Shown: positions 38,645 through 50,506, numbered from the stretch's first letter. The stretch: DNA of 64,000 nt from an uncultured Methylomirabilota bacterium (GCA_963845565.1 CAWJSJ010000002.1:2144001-2208000); one strand, 5' to 3'. Notes: a model not told the origin generated them from the letters alone. Translations and numbers: made by a program.

Positions 38645-39346
38645 ATGGCATCGCAACCGATCGTGCGGGTTGAACATCTCTCGAAAGTCTTCCATCGCGA
38701 TTCCGCCGAGGTGACGGCACTGGACGACGCCAGTCTGGAGATCGCCGCGGGGGAGTTCATGGCCCTGATGGGCCCCTCCGGGTCGGGGAAGACGACCCTG
38801 CTCAACATCATCGCGGGGATCGACCGGCCCAGCGCGGGTCATGTGTACGTCGGCGACACGGACATCGCCGAACTGGACGAGGACGAGCTGGCGGAGTGGC
38901 GGAATCAACACGTGGGCTTTATCTTTCAGATGTACAATCTGATCCCCGTCCTGACCGCACGGGAAAACGTCGAGCTTCCCCTGCTGCTGACGGATCTCGG
39001 CCGGGCAGAGCGGCGGGCGCACGCCGAGGCGGCCCTGGCGCTGGTGGGTCTGGCGGATCGGATGGACCACCGGCCGCGGCAGCTGTCCGGCGGGCAGGAG
39101 CAACGGGTGGCCATCGCGCGGGCGCTGGTCACCGATCCGGTGCTCTTGCTGGCGGACGAGCCCACCGGCGATCTGGACGCCAGATCGGCCCAGGAGATCC
39201 TCGCGATCCTGGGCCGGTTGAATCGGGAGTTCGGCAAGACGATCGTGATGGTGACCCACGACCCTCGGGCCGCCAAGTCGGCCTCGGTGGTTCGCCAGCT
39301 GGACAAGGGCGTGCTCCTGCCGCTCGACGCGCGCTCCCAGGTGTAG
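38645..39346 (+). CDS. ABC ATP-binding protein (LolD/MacB-like)
   Basis: [35 protein letters not shown]. Confidence 0.94.
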   Translation: MASQPIVRVEHLSKVFHRDSAEVTALDDASLEIAAGEFMALMGPSGSGKTTLLNIIAGIDRPSAGHVYVGDTDIAELDEDELAEWRNQHVGFIFQMYNLIPVLTARENVELPLLLTDLGRAERRAHAEAALALVGLADRMDHRPRQLSGGQEQRVAIARALVTDPVLLLADEPTGDLDARSAQEILAILGRLNREFGKTIVMVTHDPRAAKSASVVRQLDKGVLLPLDARSQV

Positions 39347-39461
39347 GGCCCCGCGCCCAGGCGGTGAGGCGGTCGGCGACGCGGTGCGGGTCGGCAGCGG
39401 GGTTCGGGAGCAAAGGCGCGTACCGAGCGGGCGACGTCGGTGCGGCACACGGAGGCGTGCG

Positions 39462-40205
39462 ATGATGCGAGTTCTGATCCGCAGCGGAATCGGCCTGGGC
39501 TGGCTGGCCCTCGTGGTGACGGGGTGTTCGAGCGGCCCAGCCGCACCGTCCGCGCAATCCATCGAGACGTCCGGATTCGGGCAAACGGTGGGCGGGATCC
39601 AGGTGGTCGTGGACCCGCTCTTCGGCCGGGAACGGGCGAGCGCGGAATTCCCGGGGGGCGAAACGTTCGAGGAGCAAGGCTTGCTACCCGTGCAGGTCCT
39701 GATCGAGAACGGCAGTCGCCAGCCGGTGCGGGCCGACCGCGCGGACTTCCGGCTGGTCCGGCCGCAGAACCGGGCGGATGTCGCGCTCTCTCCCCTGGAT
39801 GCCTTTGGGATGGTCAAACCTCCGGTGGGCTGGTGGGCCGCGCTGCCGATCCTGGGCCCCTCGGCATCGGCCTATCGGAATTCGGACTGGCTCAAGCAGT
39901 TCGAAGCCCGGGCGCTCAAGGACATTCCGGTCGCGCCGGGCGGATCGGCGGTCGGGTTGGTGTATTTCTACTTTCCCGAGAACGAGAAGTCGCTGGCCGG
40001 CACCCGGATCGTGTTGGTGGTCCGGGGCGACACCGGGGAGGAGCGAACGTTCGACATCCCCCTGCAGGGTCGGCGCGGAATCCTGGACGCCCCCGCCCCG
40101 ACCGCCCCAGCGGCGGCGCCGGGCCAGCGGACGCAGCCTTCGTCGACGCCGACGCGCGTCGATGGGGCGGGCGGCGGCGTGATCATCCGCAGCCCGGCGC
40201 CGTAA
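39462..40205 (+). CDS. Hypothetical lipoprotein
   Basis: VVTGC lipobox, GGAGG RBS, plausible globular sequence. Confidence 0.68.
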   Translation: MMRVLIRSGIGLGWLALVVTGCSSGPAAPSAQSIETSGFGQTVGGIQVVVDPLFGRERASAEFPGGETFEEQGLLPVQVLIENGSRQPVRADRADFRLVRPQNRADVALSPLDAFGMVKPPVGWWAALPILGPSASAYRNSDWLKQFEARALKDIPVAPGGSAVGLVYFYFPENEKSLAGTRIVLVVRGDTGEERTFDIPLQGRRGILDAPAPTAPAAAPGQRTQPSSTPTRVDGAGGGVIIRSPAP

Positions 40206-40285
40206 CCAACAAAGCGTCCCCGCCGAGAGCCGGGCGCGATGACCTGTTGTTCCAGCGCCGCCCCTCGACAGGACCAGGCCGCCCA

Positions 40286-41509
40286 ATGACCAGCGCCACC
40301 CCTCGGGAGCAGCGCCCCTTCACGCTACGCTCCCTGGCCTTCAGCGTGTATGTGCCGACGCTGCTCTTCTCGATCGGTCAAGGCGCCGTCCTTCCCATCA
40401 TCCCCCTCTTCGCTCTCGAACTCGGCGCCTCGACCGCTGTGGCCGGTTTCGTGGTCGGAATGCGCGGCCTCGGCTTGATGCTCTTCGACGTTCCTGGCGG
40501 TGTCGCCGTGTCTCGCTTCGGCGACAAAGGCGTCATGGTGCTCGGTACCGCCATGGTGGCCGTGGTCGCGATCGGAGCCTCTCTGAGCAAGTCGGTGGCG
40601 GTCCTGGCGCTGCTGATGCTGATCATGGGGGGAGGCTGGGCATTCTGGCAGCTGGCGCGGCTCGCGTACGTCAGCGAGGTGATCCCCGTCGACCAACGCG
40701 GTCGCGCCCTGTCTCTCGTGGGCGGAGCGCATCGATTAGGCCTGTTCCTGGGGCCCATCCTCGGCGGTTTCCTCGGCAAATACTACGGCCTCGAGTCCGC
40801 ATTCTACGCGCAGGCTGCGATGGGTCTGGCCGCCTCGACGATGATGTTCATCGTCGTCCAGCAGAGCTCCGGCGCGGACGATCTCGCGGGACGCGGCATC
40901 GGCGGGCGGCTTGTCGCCACGGTGGTCGAGCACCGACGGGTCTTTCTGACTGCGGGCTGCGCCGTGATCGCCCTCCAGGTATTACGCCAGGGTCGTCAAG
41001 TCTTCTTGCCGCTGTGGGGAGATGCGATCGGCCTCGATGTGGCCCAGATCGGCCTGGTCTATGGGATCTCTTCCTTCCTCGATGCCGGTCTCTTCTATCC
41101 TATCGGGTACGTCATGGACCGGTGGGGCAGAAAATGGGCAGGCGTGCCAAGCTTGCTCACGTTGGCGATCGGGCTATTGATTCTTCCGGCAACCACCGAG
41201 GTATACGGTTACGGCCTCGTGGCCATGCTGACGGGTATCGGCAACGGTTTTGGGGCCGGGATCGTGCAGGTTCTTGGTGCGGACTTCGCACCGGCGGAGC
41301 GGCGAGGCGAATTCCTCGGCGTCTGGCGACTCATCGGCGATGTGGGAAACGCCGGCGGACCGTTTGTGGTGAGCTTCGTCGTCGGGATCGCGAGCCTCGG
41401 CCTTGCCGCGATCTGCACCGGCAGCCTCGGTCTCGCCGGGGCCGTGCTCATGTGGCTGGTGGTCCCCGAAACACTGCAGCGAAGAAAGGCACCGATCAGA
41501 AAAACCTGA
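40286..41509 (+). CDS. MFS transporter
   Basis: About 12 TM segments. G.AVSRFG.K and GYVMDRWGRK motif-A-like loops. Confidence 0.88.
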   Translation: MTSATPREQRPFTLRSLAFSVYVPTLLFSIGQGAVLPIIPLFALELGASTAVAGFVVGMRGLGLMLFDVPGGVAVSRFGDKGVMVLGTAMVAVVAIGASLSKSVAVLALLMLIMGGGWAFWQLARLAYVSEVIPVDQRGRALSLVGGAHRLGLFLGPILGGFLGKYYGLESAFYAQAAMGLAASTMMFIVVQQSSGADDLAGRGIGGRLVATVVEHRRVFLTAGCAVIALQVLRQGRQVFLPLWGDAIGLDVAQIGLVYGISSFLDAGLFYPIGYVMDRWGRKWAGVPSLLTLAIGLLILPATTEVYGYGLVAMLTGIGNGFGAGIVQVLGADFAPAERRGEFLGVWRLIGDVGNAGGPFVVSFVVGIASLGLAAICTGSLGLAGAVLMWLVVPETLQRRKAPIRKT

Positions 41510-41863
41510 TCCTCGGGAATCGGGACGGGGTGTCCGATCGCTGGTGCCCTTGGGGCTTGGTTGCGATTCGCCTGCGGATGAGTTCGTTCCGCGACCGGGT
41601 ATTCCGAATGTCCGACGAACCGAAGACCCGGTGCCGCTCGCGGTTCCGGCTTGTCACACAGGACAGGCCGAGCCACAATCGGCCTTGCCCGGCGGGAATC
41701 GGATGGGCTATTCTCCGACGGACAGCGCACGCATGAGCGCGGCGCGTCGACGCGCGGTGAGAGCCATCGCCCGGGACGCCGTCCGCGCCTGGTGTGCCGA
41801 CGTTGTCGGATCGTTCCGCCGTCGGGTGGCGGGTGGCGCGGCGGGTAACCGAAAGGAGCGGGG

Positions 41864-42844
41864 ATGAGGAAGCCGACGGTGTATGTCTCGAGAACGGTGC
41901 AGCCGAACGTCCTCGCCCGACTGGGTGAGGTGTGCGAGGTCCGGAGTTGGTCGGGGCCCGGGCGTTGTCCGGCCGAGGTCCTGACCAAAACAGCGGCGGA
42001 GGTCGAGGCGGTCCTGGGTACCGATCGCTGGACCGCCGCGATGCTGGACGGGGCGTCCCGCCTGCGGCTGATCGCGTTGACGTCGGTCGGCTTCGACATG
42101 GTGGACATCTCGGCCGCCACGGCGCGCGGCATCCTGGTGACCAATACCCCGGATGTGCTCACCGAGACGGTCGCCGATCTGACTTTTGCCCTTATCCTCG
42201 CGGCCGCGCGGCGGATCTGCGAGACGGAGCGGTGGATGCGGGCGGGGCAGTGGCAGACGCCCGGCGTGAGCCCGATGGGGCGGGACGTCCACCACGCGAC
42301 TCTGGGGATCGTCGGGCTCGGGCGGATCGGTGTGGCCGTGGCAGAGCGGGCGCGGGGTTTCCGGATGCCGGTGCTCTATTTCGACTTCGTGCGGCGCGAA
42401 GCGCTGGAGCGGGAGTACGGCTACCGGTACGTCAGCCTGGAGACGTTGTTGCGGGATTCGGACTTCGTGACACTCCACGTTCCCCTTTTGCCGGAGACGA
42501 CGGGGATGATCGGGGCGCCGCAGTTGGCGCTGATGAAGCCGACGGCGTACCTGATCAACGCCGCCCGGGGGCCGGTGGTCAACGAGCGATCCCTGATCGA
42601 TGCGCTCCAGGCGAGGCGGATCGCCGGCGCTGGGCTCGACGTCTTCGAGGTCGAACCGACGGACATGGCGAATCCGCTTCTGAAGATGGAGAACGTCATC
42701 ACGCTGCCGCATGTGGGCAGCGCCACCGATGCCACGCGCCAGGCCATGGTGGACCTGGCGGTCGAGAACGTGGTGGCCGTGCTTGCCGGAGAGCCGCCGC
42801 TCACGCCGGTCAATCCCGATGCGCGGTCAGGACGGGCGGCGTAG
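41864..42844 (+). CDS. D-2-hydroxyacid dehydrogenase (glyoxylate/glycerate reductase-like)
   Basis: VTNTPDVL, GLGRIG, INAARG, GLDVFEVEP, PHVGSAT. Confidence 0.92.
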   Translation: MRKPTVYVSRTVQPNVLARLGEVCEVRSWSGPGRCPAEVLTKTAAEVEAVLGTDRWTAAMLDGASRLRLIALTSVGFDMVDISAATARGILVTNTPDVLTETVADLTFALILAAARRICETERWMRAGQWQTPGVSPMGRDVHHATLGIVGLGRIGVAVAERARGFRMPVLYFDFVRREALEREYGYRYVSLETLLRDSDFVTLHVPLLPETTGMIGAPQLALMKPTAYLINAARGPVVNERSLIDALQARRIAGAGLDVFEVEPTDMANPLLKMENVITLPHVGSATDATRQAMVDLAVENVVAVLAGEPPLTPVNPDARSGRAA

Positions 42845-42889
42845 CGGATCGCCATCGGCACCCGCATATTTTCTGGACGAGGGGAGATC

Positions 42890-44068
42890 ATGGATTTTGA
42901 TCTGGTCATCCGAGGCGGCGAGGTGGTGGACCCCGGCGGCGGGTTGATGGGGCGGATGGACGTGGGGATTCGCGGGGGTGTTATCGCCGCCGTGGACCAT
43001 TCGTTGCCGATCGAGGGCGCGCGGGCGACGCTGGACGCCGCGGGGAAGATCGTGACACCCGGCCTGTTCGATCTGCACACCCACGTGTACTGGGGGGCAA
43101 CCTACTGGGGGATCGAGCCGGACCCGATCGCGGCGCGCACCGGGGTGACCACCTGGCTGGACGCCGGGACGGCGGGCGGCTACAGTTTTCCGGGATTCCG
43201 CCGCTACGTGGTCGAGCGGTGCGAGAGCCGGGTCTTCGCGCTCCTGAACGTGTCGGCGATTGGACTGATCGCGCCGACCTACGAACTGGCCAACCTCGAC
43301 TACTGCGACCTGGACCTGGCGCGCCGGATGGTGGACGCCAACCGGGACGTCATCCTGGGGATCAAGGCGCGGATCGACGCCAACACCACTCGCGGCGTGG
43401 GCATCGCGCCGCTGCGGCCGGCGCGCGCGCTGGCCGATCAGGTCGAGTTGCCGTTGATGGTTCACATCGGGAAGGGGCCGCCGGCCCTGGACGAGATCTT
43501 CCGGCTGCTCCGTCCCGGCGACATCCTCACCCACTGCTGCACGGGGCAGGACAACCGCATCCTGGAGCCGGACGGGAGCCTCAAGGAGTTCGTCCGCCGC
43601 GCCTGGGACGCCGGGCTGGTCCTGGACGTCGGGCACGGGACGGGCAGCTTCAGCTTCGAGGTTGCCGAGCGGATGCTGGCGGCGGGGATGCCACCGGACG
43701 TCATCAGCACGGACGCGCACCAACTCAGCGTCCAGGGTCCCATGTTCGATCTGCCGACGACGCTCTCCAAGTTCTTGAACCTGGGCATGAGCCTCTCCGA
43801 CGCGATCGAGCGGGTGACGGCGCGACCGGCGCGGGCAGTCCGCCGCCCGGACCTGGCGACGCTCAAGCCGGGGGCTCCTGCCGACGTGGCGGTGTTCGCG
43901 CTGGAGCAGGGTTCCTATACGTTCCACGATGTGTTCATGACGGCCCGGCCCGGCACGGTACGTCTGGTGAACACCGCGACCGTCCGGGGCGGGCGGCGCA
44001 TGGCGCAGCAGCCGGAGCGGCCGCTGGCGCCCTGGGCGGTGCGCCCCGAGCATCAGCGCGCGAAGTAG
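42890..44068 (+). CDS. Amidohydrolase/deacetylase family metallohydrolase (dihydroorotase-like)
   Basis: DLHTH, DAGTAG, GIK, MVHIG, THC, DVGHG..SF, ISTD. Confidence 0.88.
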   Translation: MDFDLVIRGGEVVDPGGGLMGRMDVGIRGGVIAAVDHSLPIEGARATLDAAGKIVTPGLFDLHTHVYWGATYWGIEPDPIAARTGVTTWLDAGTAGGYSFPGFRRYVVERCESRVFALLNVSAIGLIAPTYELANLDYCDLDLARRMVDANRDVILGIKARIDANTTRGVGIAPLRPARALADQVELPLMVHIGKGPPALDEIFRLLRPGDILTHCCTGQDNRILEPDGSLKEFVRRAWDAGLVLDVGHGTGSFSFEVAERMLAAGMPPDVISTDAHQLSVQGPMFDLPTTLSKFLNLGMSLSDAIERVTARPARAVRRPDLATLKPGAPADVAVFALEQGSYTFHDVFMTARPGTVRLVNTATVRGGRRMAQQPERPLAPWAVRPEHQRAK

Positions 44069-44200
44069 GCCGCAGGGCGACGATCCGGGTTCAGCTCTCA
44101 CGTGCCACAAGACGCACAGACGGCACGTCCGTCCGAAGTGTCCGCCAACCGTTTGGGTCAGTGGATCGGGCGGACGTGTGCGCCCGCGAGGGAAGAAAGC

Positions 44201-44794
44201 ATGGCGAAGGCGAAAGACTCGGGTGGGGATTACGCGAGGGCTGAGGCGCTCCTGGCCGAGGCGGGCCTCATGATGCCGCCGATGCCCGAGATGGCTGAGG
44301 CGCGGCTCAAGGAGCGGGAGGACGACTGTTTCAGCACGCGCACCTTCAAGGAGTCGCCCGCCAACCTGTTGCACTACGTGCGAAAGGCGATCGGGGGCGT
44401 CTCGCCCGACTATGTCCTGGTGGCGCTGGGCAGAGATGGGCGCACCGCGGACGCGCTGCATTTCTTCCTGGTGCAGGGCCCGCTCCAACTCTTCCTGCAG
44501 ATCGGTTGGGGAGGCGCCGGGGCGGCCCGCGAGCGGGCGACGGTGTTGATCAACGACTGCTTTGCCTTGGCCCATCAACTGTGCGAGGCGGTCCCCGCCG
44601 CCCTGCGGAAAGGCCGGCTTGCGCCGACGGGGCGGCTCACGGTGGTGGGGTCGGATCTCGGCGAGAGCTTCTGGGAGGTCGCGCAGGCGGATGAACGTGC
44701 CGATCGGCCATCGGGTCCGCTCCGCGGCAAGAACCGGGGGGCCCGCGGTCCGCGCGAGGTTCTCGAGGAGGCCGTCCGGTGGTGCCGCGAATAA
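44201..44794 (+). CDS. Hypothetical protein
   Basis: Coding-like codon usage and a purine-rich RBS. No family recognised. Confidence 0.6.
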   Translation: MAKAKDSGGDYARAEALLAEAGLMMPPMPEMAEARLKEREDDCFSTRTFKESPANLLHYVRKAIGGVSPDYVLVALGRDGRTADALHFFLVQGPLQLFLQIGWGGAGAARERATVLINDCFALAHQLCEAVPAALRKGRLAPTGRLTVVGSDLGESFWEVAQADERADRPSGPLRGKNRGARGPREVLEEAVRWCRE

Positions 44795-44803
44795 CGGGGG
44801 GTT

Positions 44804-44950
44804 GAGAGCCGCGAGTCGAGACGGAGCAGAGGTCGGAGAGCAGAGAACAGAGGTCAGCGGGTGGAGAACAACGCAGAGAACGAAGGTCGGAGGTCGGCGA
44901 GCCGAGCCGCGAGCCGATCTGAGCGCTGAGCGCCGAGAGCCGAGAGCTGA
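44804..44950. repeat. Degenerate heptamer tandem repeats
   Basis: Units such as GAGAGCC, GCGAGCC, CAGAGGT, CAGAGAA, TGAGCGC. Confidence 0.55.
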
Positions 44951-44965
44951 ATCGCATGATCGTTC

Positions 44966-45847
44966 ATGAGTGACCTCGCCCTCGGAATTGCGGGGGCACT
45001 GGGAAGCGCCGGCACCTGGGCGCTCATCTGCATCCTGGCCCAGACGCTTTCGGGGCGGCTGACGTCGGCGGGCATTAACGCGTTTCGGGCCCTGGTAGGC
45101 GGCCTCATCGTCCTCGCCGGGGCGCTGGCGGCCGGATTTGGCGGCGAGATCGTGGGGATGCCCCTCTGGGTTGCCCTGACGCTCTGGGCCTCCATCCTCA
45201 TCGGGTATGCGGGTGGGGACACGATCTTCTTCCTGGGGATGCAGATCCTCGGGGTGACCCGGGCGCATACCCTGAGCATGGTCCACCCGCTCATGTCCAC
45301 GGTGGCCGGGATCGTCCTCTTCGGCGAGTCCATGACCGCGACCCGGGCGGCGGGGATCCTGCTGGTGGTGGGCGGGGTCGCGCTGATCGTCACGGGTCAC
45401 GCGGAGGGTGGTGTCGAGGCTTCCCGCACGCGTCGGCGGGGCGCCTGGCTGGTTCTGATAGCGGCCGTCGCCTGGACGGTGGGATCGGTGATGCTTCAGC
45501 CGCCGCTCCAGGTAGTGTCGCCGGTCACCGCGACGGCGATCCGGAGCCCACTGGTCGGCCTCGTGCTGTGGCTGACCCCCTGGGCGAGAGGCACCTGGCC
45601 GGCAGTGCGGATGACGCGTGGCCGGGAGGCAGTTGCGCTGGCTGTCATCTGCCTGCTCAGTGCTGTGAGCCCGGTGATGTATGCCTTCGGGATCAAGCAC
45701 GCCGGCGTGGCCATCGGTTCCGTTCTGTCCACGACGTCCCCTCTTTTCACGATTCCGTTGGAGATCGCGGTCCTGGGGCGGTGGCCCACCCGGCGCACCA
45801 TTCTCGGGGCCGTGACGACCGTTCTCGGGATTGCGTTGATGGGTTAG
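44966..45847 (+). CDS. DMT/EamA family transporter
   Basis: About 10 TM segments in two EamA-like halves. Confidence 0.85.
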   Translation: MSDLALGIAGALGSAGTWALICILAQTLSGRLTSAGINAFRALVGGLIVLAGALAAGFGGEIVGMPLWVALTLWASILIGYAGGDTIFFLGMQILGVTRAHTLSMVHPLMSTVAGIVLFGESMTATRAAGILLVVGGVALIVTGHAEGGVEASRTRRRGAWLVLIAAVAWTVGSVMLQPPLQVVSPVTATAIRSPLVGLVLWLTPWARGTWPAVRMTRGREAVALAVICLLSAVSPVMYAFGIKHAGVAIGSVLSTTSPLFTIPLEIAVLGRWPTRRTILGAVTTVLGIALMG

Positions 45848-45964
45848 GGGAGCGGGGCGACAGGGACAGGGACAGAGGAAAGCGCCGGGCAACTGGCGGA
45901 GCAACGGAGCTGATCGCTGAAGGCTGACCGCTGAACGTTCAGTACCGAGAGTACGGGAGAGGCC

Positions 45965-47174
45965 ATGAGCATCTATGAGCGATTTGGCGTGCGCACTCGG
46001 ATCAATGCGGCCGGGTTACTGACGCGCCTGGGCGGCAGCCTGATGCCGGACGAGGTCCGGGATGCGATGACGGAGGCCGCCGGGAGTTTCGTTGATATGG
46101 CCGAGCTCCAGGCGGCGGCGAGCGCCGTGATTGCTCGGCACACGGGCGCCGAGGCTGGGCTGGTGACGGCGGGGGCCGCGGCCGCGCTCACGGTCGGGAC
46201 GGCGGCATGCCTCGCCGGACTGGATCCCGCGCGCATGGACCGACTCCCCGAGACGGACGATTTCCCGAACGAGGTTGTGATGTGTCGGACGCACCGGACC
46301 GGCTACGACCATGCCATTCGCGCGGCGGGCGCCCGGATCCGCGAGGTGGGGTTCAACGACCGGGCGACAGGCGCCGGCGTGCGGGACGTGGAGGCGTGGG
46401 AGCTGGAGGCGGCCATCACGCCGCGTACGGCGGCCATCGCCTACATGGCCGCACCGGGGAGTCGACCCCCCCTTGCGGAAGTGGCCGCCCTGGCGCACGG
46501 CCATCATCTGCCGGTCTTGGTGGACGCCGCCGCCCAGTTGCCGCCGGCGGAGAACCTCCGCCGCTTCGTGGCGGAGGGCGCCGACCTGGTTGCCTTCAGC
46601 GGGGGAAAGGCGATCCGGGGTCCGCAGGGGACAGGCATTCTCTGCGGTCGGCGGGACCTCGTCGGGTCCGCGGCGCTCCAGCAGCTCGACCTGGATGTTC
46701 GGCCTGAGACCTGGCGGCCGCCTGAGGATCTTCTCCCTCGGTTGCCGCTCGGGGGGATCCCCCACCACGGGATCGGGCGCGGGTGCAAGGTGAGTAAGGA
46801 AGAGATCGTCGGTCTGCTGGTCGCCCTGGAACGCTTCGTGGCGCTCGATCACGCCGGCGAGCAGGACGCGACAGGAGCGCCTGCTCGTGGCGATCCGCGG
46901 CCAACTGGCGGGCGTGCCGCACCTCGAGGCGCGGCTACTGTCGGCGGCGGAGACGGGCCGGGACCCACTGCTGGACATCCACTTGGACGAGGCCGCCCTC
47001 GGCCTGTTGGCGTTTCAGCTCAGCCTGGTCCTGCAGCGTGGAGACCCTCCGGTCCACCTCGGCGAGCGCCGCGCCACGGACGGCATCCTCACCGTCAATC
47101 CGGTCGGGTTGCGGGAGGGGGAAGAGGCCATCGTTGCCGCGCGCCTCCGGGCCGCCTGCGAGGGACGCGGCTGA
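45965..47174 (+). CDS. SelA-like PLP-dependent enzyme (DgaE-like), +1 frameshift near 46870
   Basis: INAAG..TRLGGS, VDAAAQ, FSGGKAIRGPQ, RGCKVSKEEI. The C-terminus continues in the 46887-47174 frame. Confidence 0.8.
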
Positions 47175-47247
47175 TCGGCAGCGGCCACGGGAGCCCGGCG
47201 GGCAGTCGGAGGACCTCGGTCGTCCCACGAGCGAAGGTGGGCTCGGG

Positions 47248-48571
47248 CTATCCCGCGTAGACCGCCTTCAAGCTGTCCTCGAAAGCCTGCAGGACGGTGG
47301 CGACTTCGGCCTCGGTGATAATGAGCGGCGGCTTGATCTTGAGGACGTTGGGCACGGCTGATGCCGTGGCTAGGATGACGCCCCGCTTCCACGCCTCGGC
47401 GACGATCCGCTTGGCCTCGGCGGTTGCGGGCTCCTTGGTGCCCGGATCCTTCACCATCTCCACGCCGATGAACAGCCCCGGCCCGCGAATATCACCGATC
47501 TGGGGGTAGCGCGCCTGGAGTCGCGTCGAGCCCCCGCGTAAAGAGTTCCCCCATTCGCGCGGCATGCTCCGGGATTCGGTCCCGCTCCAGGATCTCGATG
47601 ACCTTGAGGGCCGCCGCCTGGGCGACGGGGTTGCTGCCGAAGGTGTACACGTCCTCGCCGGTGGGCTCGAACTGCTTCAGCCGATCGTCCACCACGACGG
47701 CCGCGATCGGAAATCCTCCGCCCATGGACTTGGACAGGACCAGCATGTCCGGGACGACGCCCAACCCTTCCAGTGCAAACATCCGGCCGGTCCGGCCGAA
47801 CCCTGTCTGAATCTCGTCGAAGATCAGGGGAATCCCGAACTCGTCGCAGACCCGCCGGACCGCCTGGACAAAGAGGGCGGGGAACGGGATCTGTCCGCCA
47901 TTGCCCTGGATCGGCTCCAGCAGGACGCCGGCCACGGGTCCGTCCACGCCGCGCACGATGGTGTCGCGCAGTGGCGCGGCGCACGCCGCGTGGCAGCTCG
48001 GATAGGTCAGGCCGAGCGGGCAGCGGTAGCAGTAGGGGTTCGGCACGCGCACGAAGTTCTGCATGAAGGGGAGGAACTTGGCGCCGGGGCCGAAGCGGCC
48101 CGGCGTCTGGGTGGGCATCCAGCCGGCCGCCATGGTGACGAGGGTGCTGCCGTGATAGGCGTGATAGAACGTGATGAAGCGGTGCGCCTCGGGGCGGTTG
48201 ATCAGGGCCAGCTTCATGGCCGCCTCGACGGCGAGCGACCCGGTCGGGGCGTTCACGACCTTCTTCAGGTGGCCGGGGCAGAGATCGGCCAGCCTCTTCG
48301 CCAGCAGCAGGCGCGGGATCGTGGGGAAGCCGGCCCGCGCGTGGGCGAGGGTGCGGATCTGTGCGATGGCGGCCTCGATGACCTCGGGGTGGTTGTAGCC
48401 CAGGGCCAGCGACCAGGCCTGCGAGGTGCAGTCGATGTACGTGTCGCCGTTGATGTCGGTGACGCGGCATCCCTGCCCCGAGACGAGAGCCGGCCCCAGC
48501 CAGCTTGCCCCGTACCCGATGTACTGCTGGAGTTGGCCTGCTGCCTCTGGTGTCAGCTTCAACTCTTCCAT
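47248..48571 (-). CDS. Class III aminotransferase, +1 frameshift near 47527
   Basis: YHGST, EPIQG.GG, IFDEIQTGFGRTG, SKSMGGG, TFGSNP. C-terminus GDIRGPGLFIGVE...KIKPPL is in the next frame. Confidence 0.85.
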
Positions 48572-48664
48572 CGTCTATCCTCCCTCGGAATGATCAATGA
48601 CGTGAGAGTGGCCAACCTCCACATCGCAAAGACCAGTGGCGGGACCTTCTGTGATCGTGGCAGA

Positions 48665-49534
48665 TTATCCCTTAAGCCCCGTCAGTGCAACCGATTCGAT
48701 AATCCGGCGTCGCAGAAGGACGAAGGCGATCAGCATCGGGACCGTGTTCAAGACCGATGCGGCGCTCAGCAGGTGGTAATCGGCTGTGTACCGGAACTGG
48801 AAAGTGCTAAGCCCCAGCTCCATTAGGTACATGCTCCGGTTCGTGGCCATCAGCAGGGGCCAGATGAATGCGGCCCACGCCTGGATGAATGCCAGGATGC
48901 CCAGGGCGCCGATGGCTGAGGAGCACAGCGGGATGATCACTCGGATGAAGATCTTGAGCTCAGATGCCCCATCCACCCGCGCCGCGTCCAGCAGCTCGTC
49001 CGGAATGCTATGGGCGATATGCTGTCGCATCAGGAAAATGCCGAAACTCATGATCAGGTAGGGGGCCGCGATCCCCTGGTAGGTGTTGATCCAGCCCAGC
49101 GATTTCATCGTCAGGTACAGCGGGATCATGTACGTCTCGAACGGGAACATGGCCGAGGCTAGGATCAACAGGAACAGGGCCTTCTTGCCCGGGAAGGTGT
49201 ACTTTCCGAAGATAAATCCCGCGATAAGCGAAGTCAGGATGACCATGATCGTCGAGCCCACCGACACGATCACGCTGTTCAAGAAGTACCGGATGAAGGG
49301 CGCGGCGTTCAGCACCACGGGGTAATTGGCCACCGTCCAACGAATGGGGAGCAATCGGGGGGGCCAGAGGAGCGTCTCGTCTGCAGGCTTGAGCGAGGTC
49401 GCCAGCATCCAAATGAAGGGAAACATCATGGCGAGACTGCCCAGGAGCAGGACGGTGTGACTCAGCGTTGGCGCGCCCAAGCGCCGCCACGTTTCATGCG
49501 CCGTCTTGCCCGTCCGCTCCGTCATGGCCGTCAC
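48665..49534 (-). CDS. Carbohydrate ABC permease (MalG-like)
   Basis: PFIWM..TSLK, IPDELLDAARVDGA, FIWPL. Confidence 0.9.
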   Translation of the reverse strand: MTAMTERTGKTAHETWRRLGAPTLSHTVLLLGSLAMMFPFIWMLATSLKPADETLLWPPRLLPIRWTVANYPVVLNAAPFIRYFLNSVIVSVGSTIMVILTSLIAGFIFGKYTFPGKKALFLLILASAMFPFETYMIPLYLTMKSLGWINTYQGIAAPYLIMSFGIFLMRQHIAHSIPDELLDAARVDGASELKIFIRVIIPLCSSAIGALGILAFIQAWAAFIWPLLMATNRSMYLMELGLSTFQFRYTADYHLLSAASVLNTVPMLIAFVLLRRRIIESVALTGLKG

Positions 49535-50490
49535 TCCCCGTCTAATCGGATGACTCGAAACTGGATCAACGTCAAAGCGAGCACGATCAGCGTCAGCACG
49601 ACGGCCTCGGCCGAGGCATACCCCATCTTGAAGAACTGAAACCCGTTCTGATAGATGTCGAACACCAGCACGCGGAGCGGGGCGCCGGGTGCGGCCTGAG
49701 ATCCCTGGGTCATCACGTACACCTGGGTGAACACGTTGTAGGCGTTGATCGTCGAGACCACGATGACGAACAGCAGGATCGGCTTCAGGAGGGGCAGCGT
49801 GATGCGCCGGAACACCGCCCAGCTCCCGGCGCCGTCAATGCTGGCCGCCTCATAGTAGACCACCGGAATGCTCTTGAGCCCGACCAGCAGCAGGACCATG
49901 TTGTAGCCGAGCACCTTCCAGACGCTCATGATGATGATGGCCCACATGGCAACGTCCGGCGAGGTCAACCATCCGATGGGCCGGACCCCAACCCAGGACA
50001 ACGCGTAGTTCAGGATGCCGTAGCGCGCGTCGAAGATCCACTTCCAGGCAATGGCCATGGGGACCATGGGCGTGATCACGGGCAGGAAATAAATGGCCTG
50101 ATAGGCGGCTGTGAACCGCAGCTTTCCGGCCAACAGGACAGCCAGGGCCAGGCCCAAGACGATGCTCACGCCGACGACGAAGACCGCGAAGAGTGTGGTA
50201 TTGGTGAGCGCCAGCAGAAAGTTCTCGTCGGAGAGGAGGTCCCGGTAATTGGCCAGACCCACGAACGGTTTCAAGGGGCGGATCAGATGCCAGTCGTAGA
50301 AGCTGAGGATGAAGGTGCGACCGATGGGCTCGAGGCGGAGGACCCAGTAGACGACGAAAACCGGGAGCAGGCCGAGATAGCAGAAGCAGTATTTCGCCAA
50401 GGTCAGGCGGTTGATCCGGAGCCGGCGGGAGAGTCGGTCGGCCAGGGTTGTGCCGCTCGGCAGGCAGGGGGTCGCGGACGGTTCCGCCAT
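49531..50490 (-). CDS. Carbohydrate ABC permease (MalF-like)
   Basis: FVGLANY, WK..GYNM, YEAASIDGA, ITLPLLKP. Confidence 0.9.
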   Translation of the reverse strand: MAEPSATPCLPSGTTLADRLSRRLRINRLTLAKYCFCYLGLLPVFVVYWVLRLEPIGRTFILSFYDWHLIRPLKPFVGLANYRDLLSDENFLLALTNTTLFAVFVVGVSIVLGLALAVLLAGKLRFTAAYQAIYFLPVITPMVPMAIAWKWIFDARYGILNYALSWVGVRPIGWLTSPDVAMWAIIIMSVWKVLGYNMVLLLVGLKSIPVVYYEAASIDGAGSWAVFRRITLPLLKPILLFVIVVSTINAYNVFTQVYVMTQGSQAAPGAPLRVLVFDIYQNGFQFFKMGYASAEAVVLTLIVLALTLIQFRVIRLDGE

Positions 50491-50506
50491 GTCCCGGTAC
50501 TCCTCG

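Noticed and set aside
35975..45904. Very long minus-strand ORFs (1280 aa at 35975-39817, 1025 aa at 42827-45904) and similar ones such as 30121-33231
   Set aside because: They are antisense or off-frame products of high GC content overlapping well-supported genes, with R/P/G-rich composition.
45965..47174. True selA (selenocysteine synthase) supporting the selenoprotein
   Set aside because: Length and motifs (FSGGK, catabolic context) fit the SelA-like/DgaE group rather than SelA itself.
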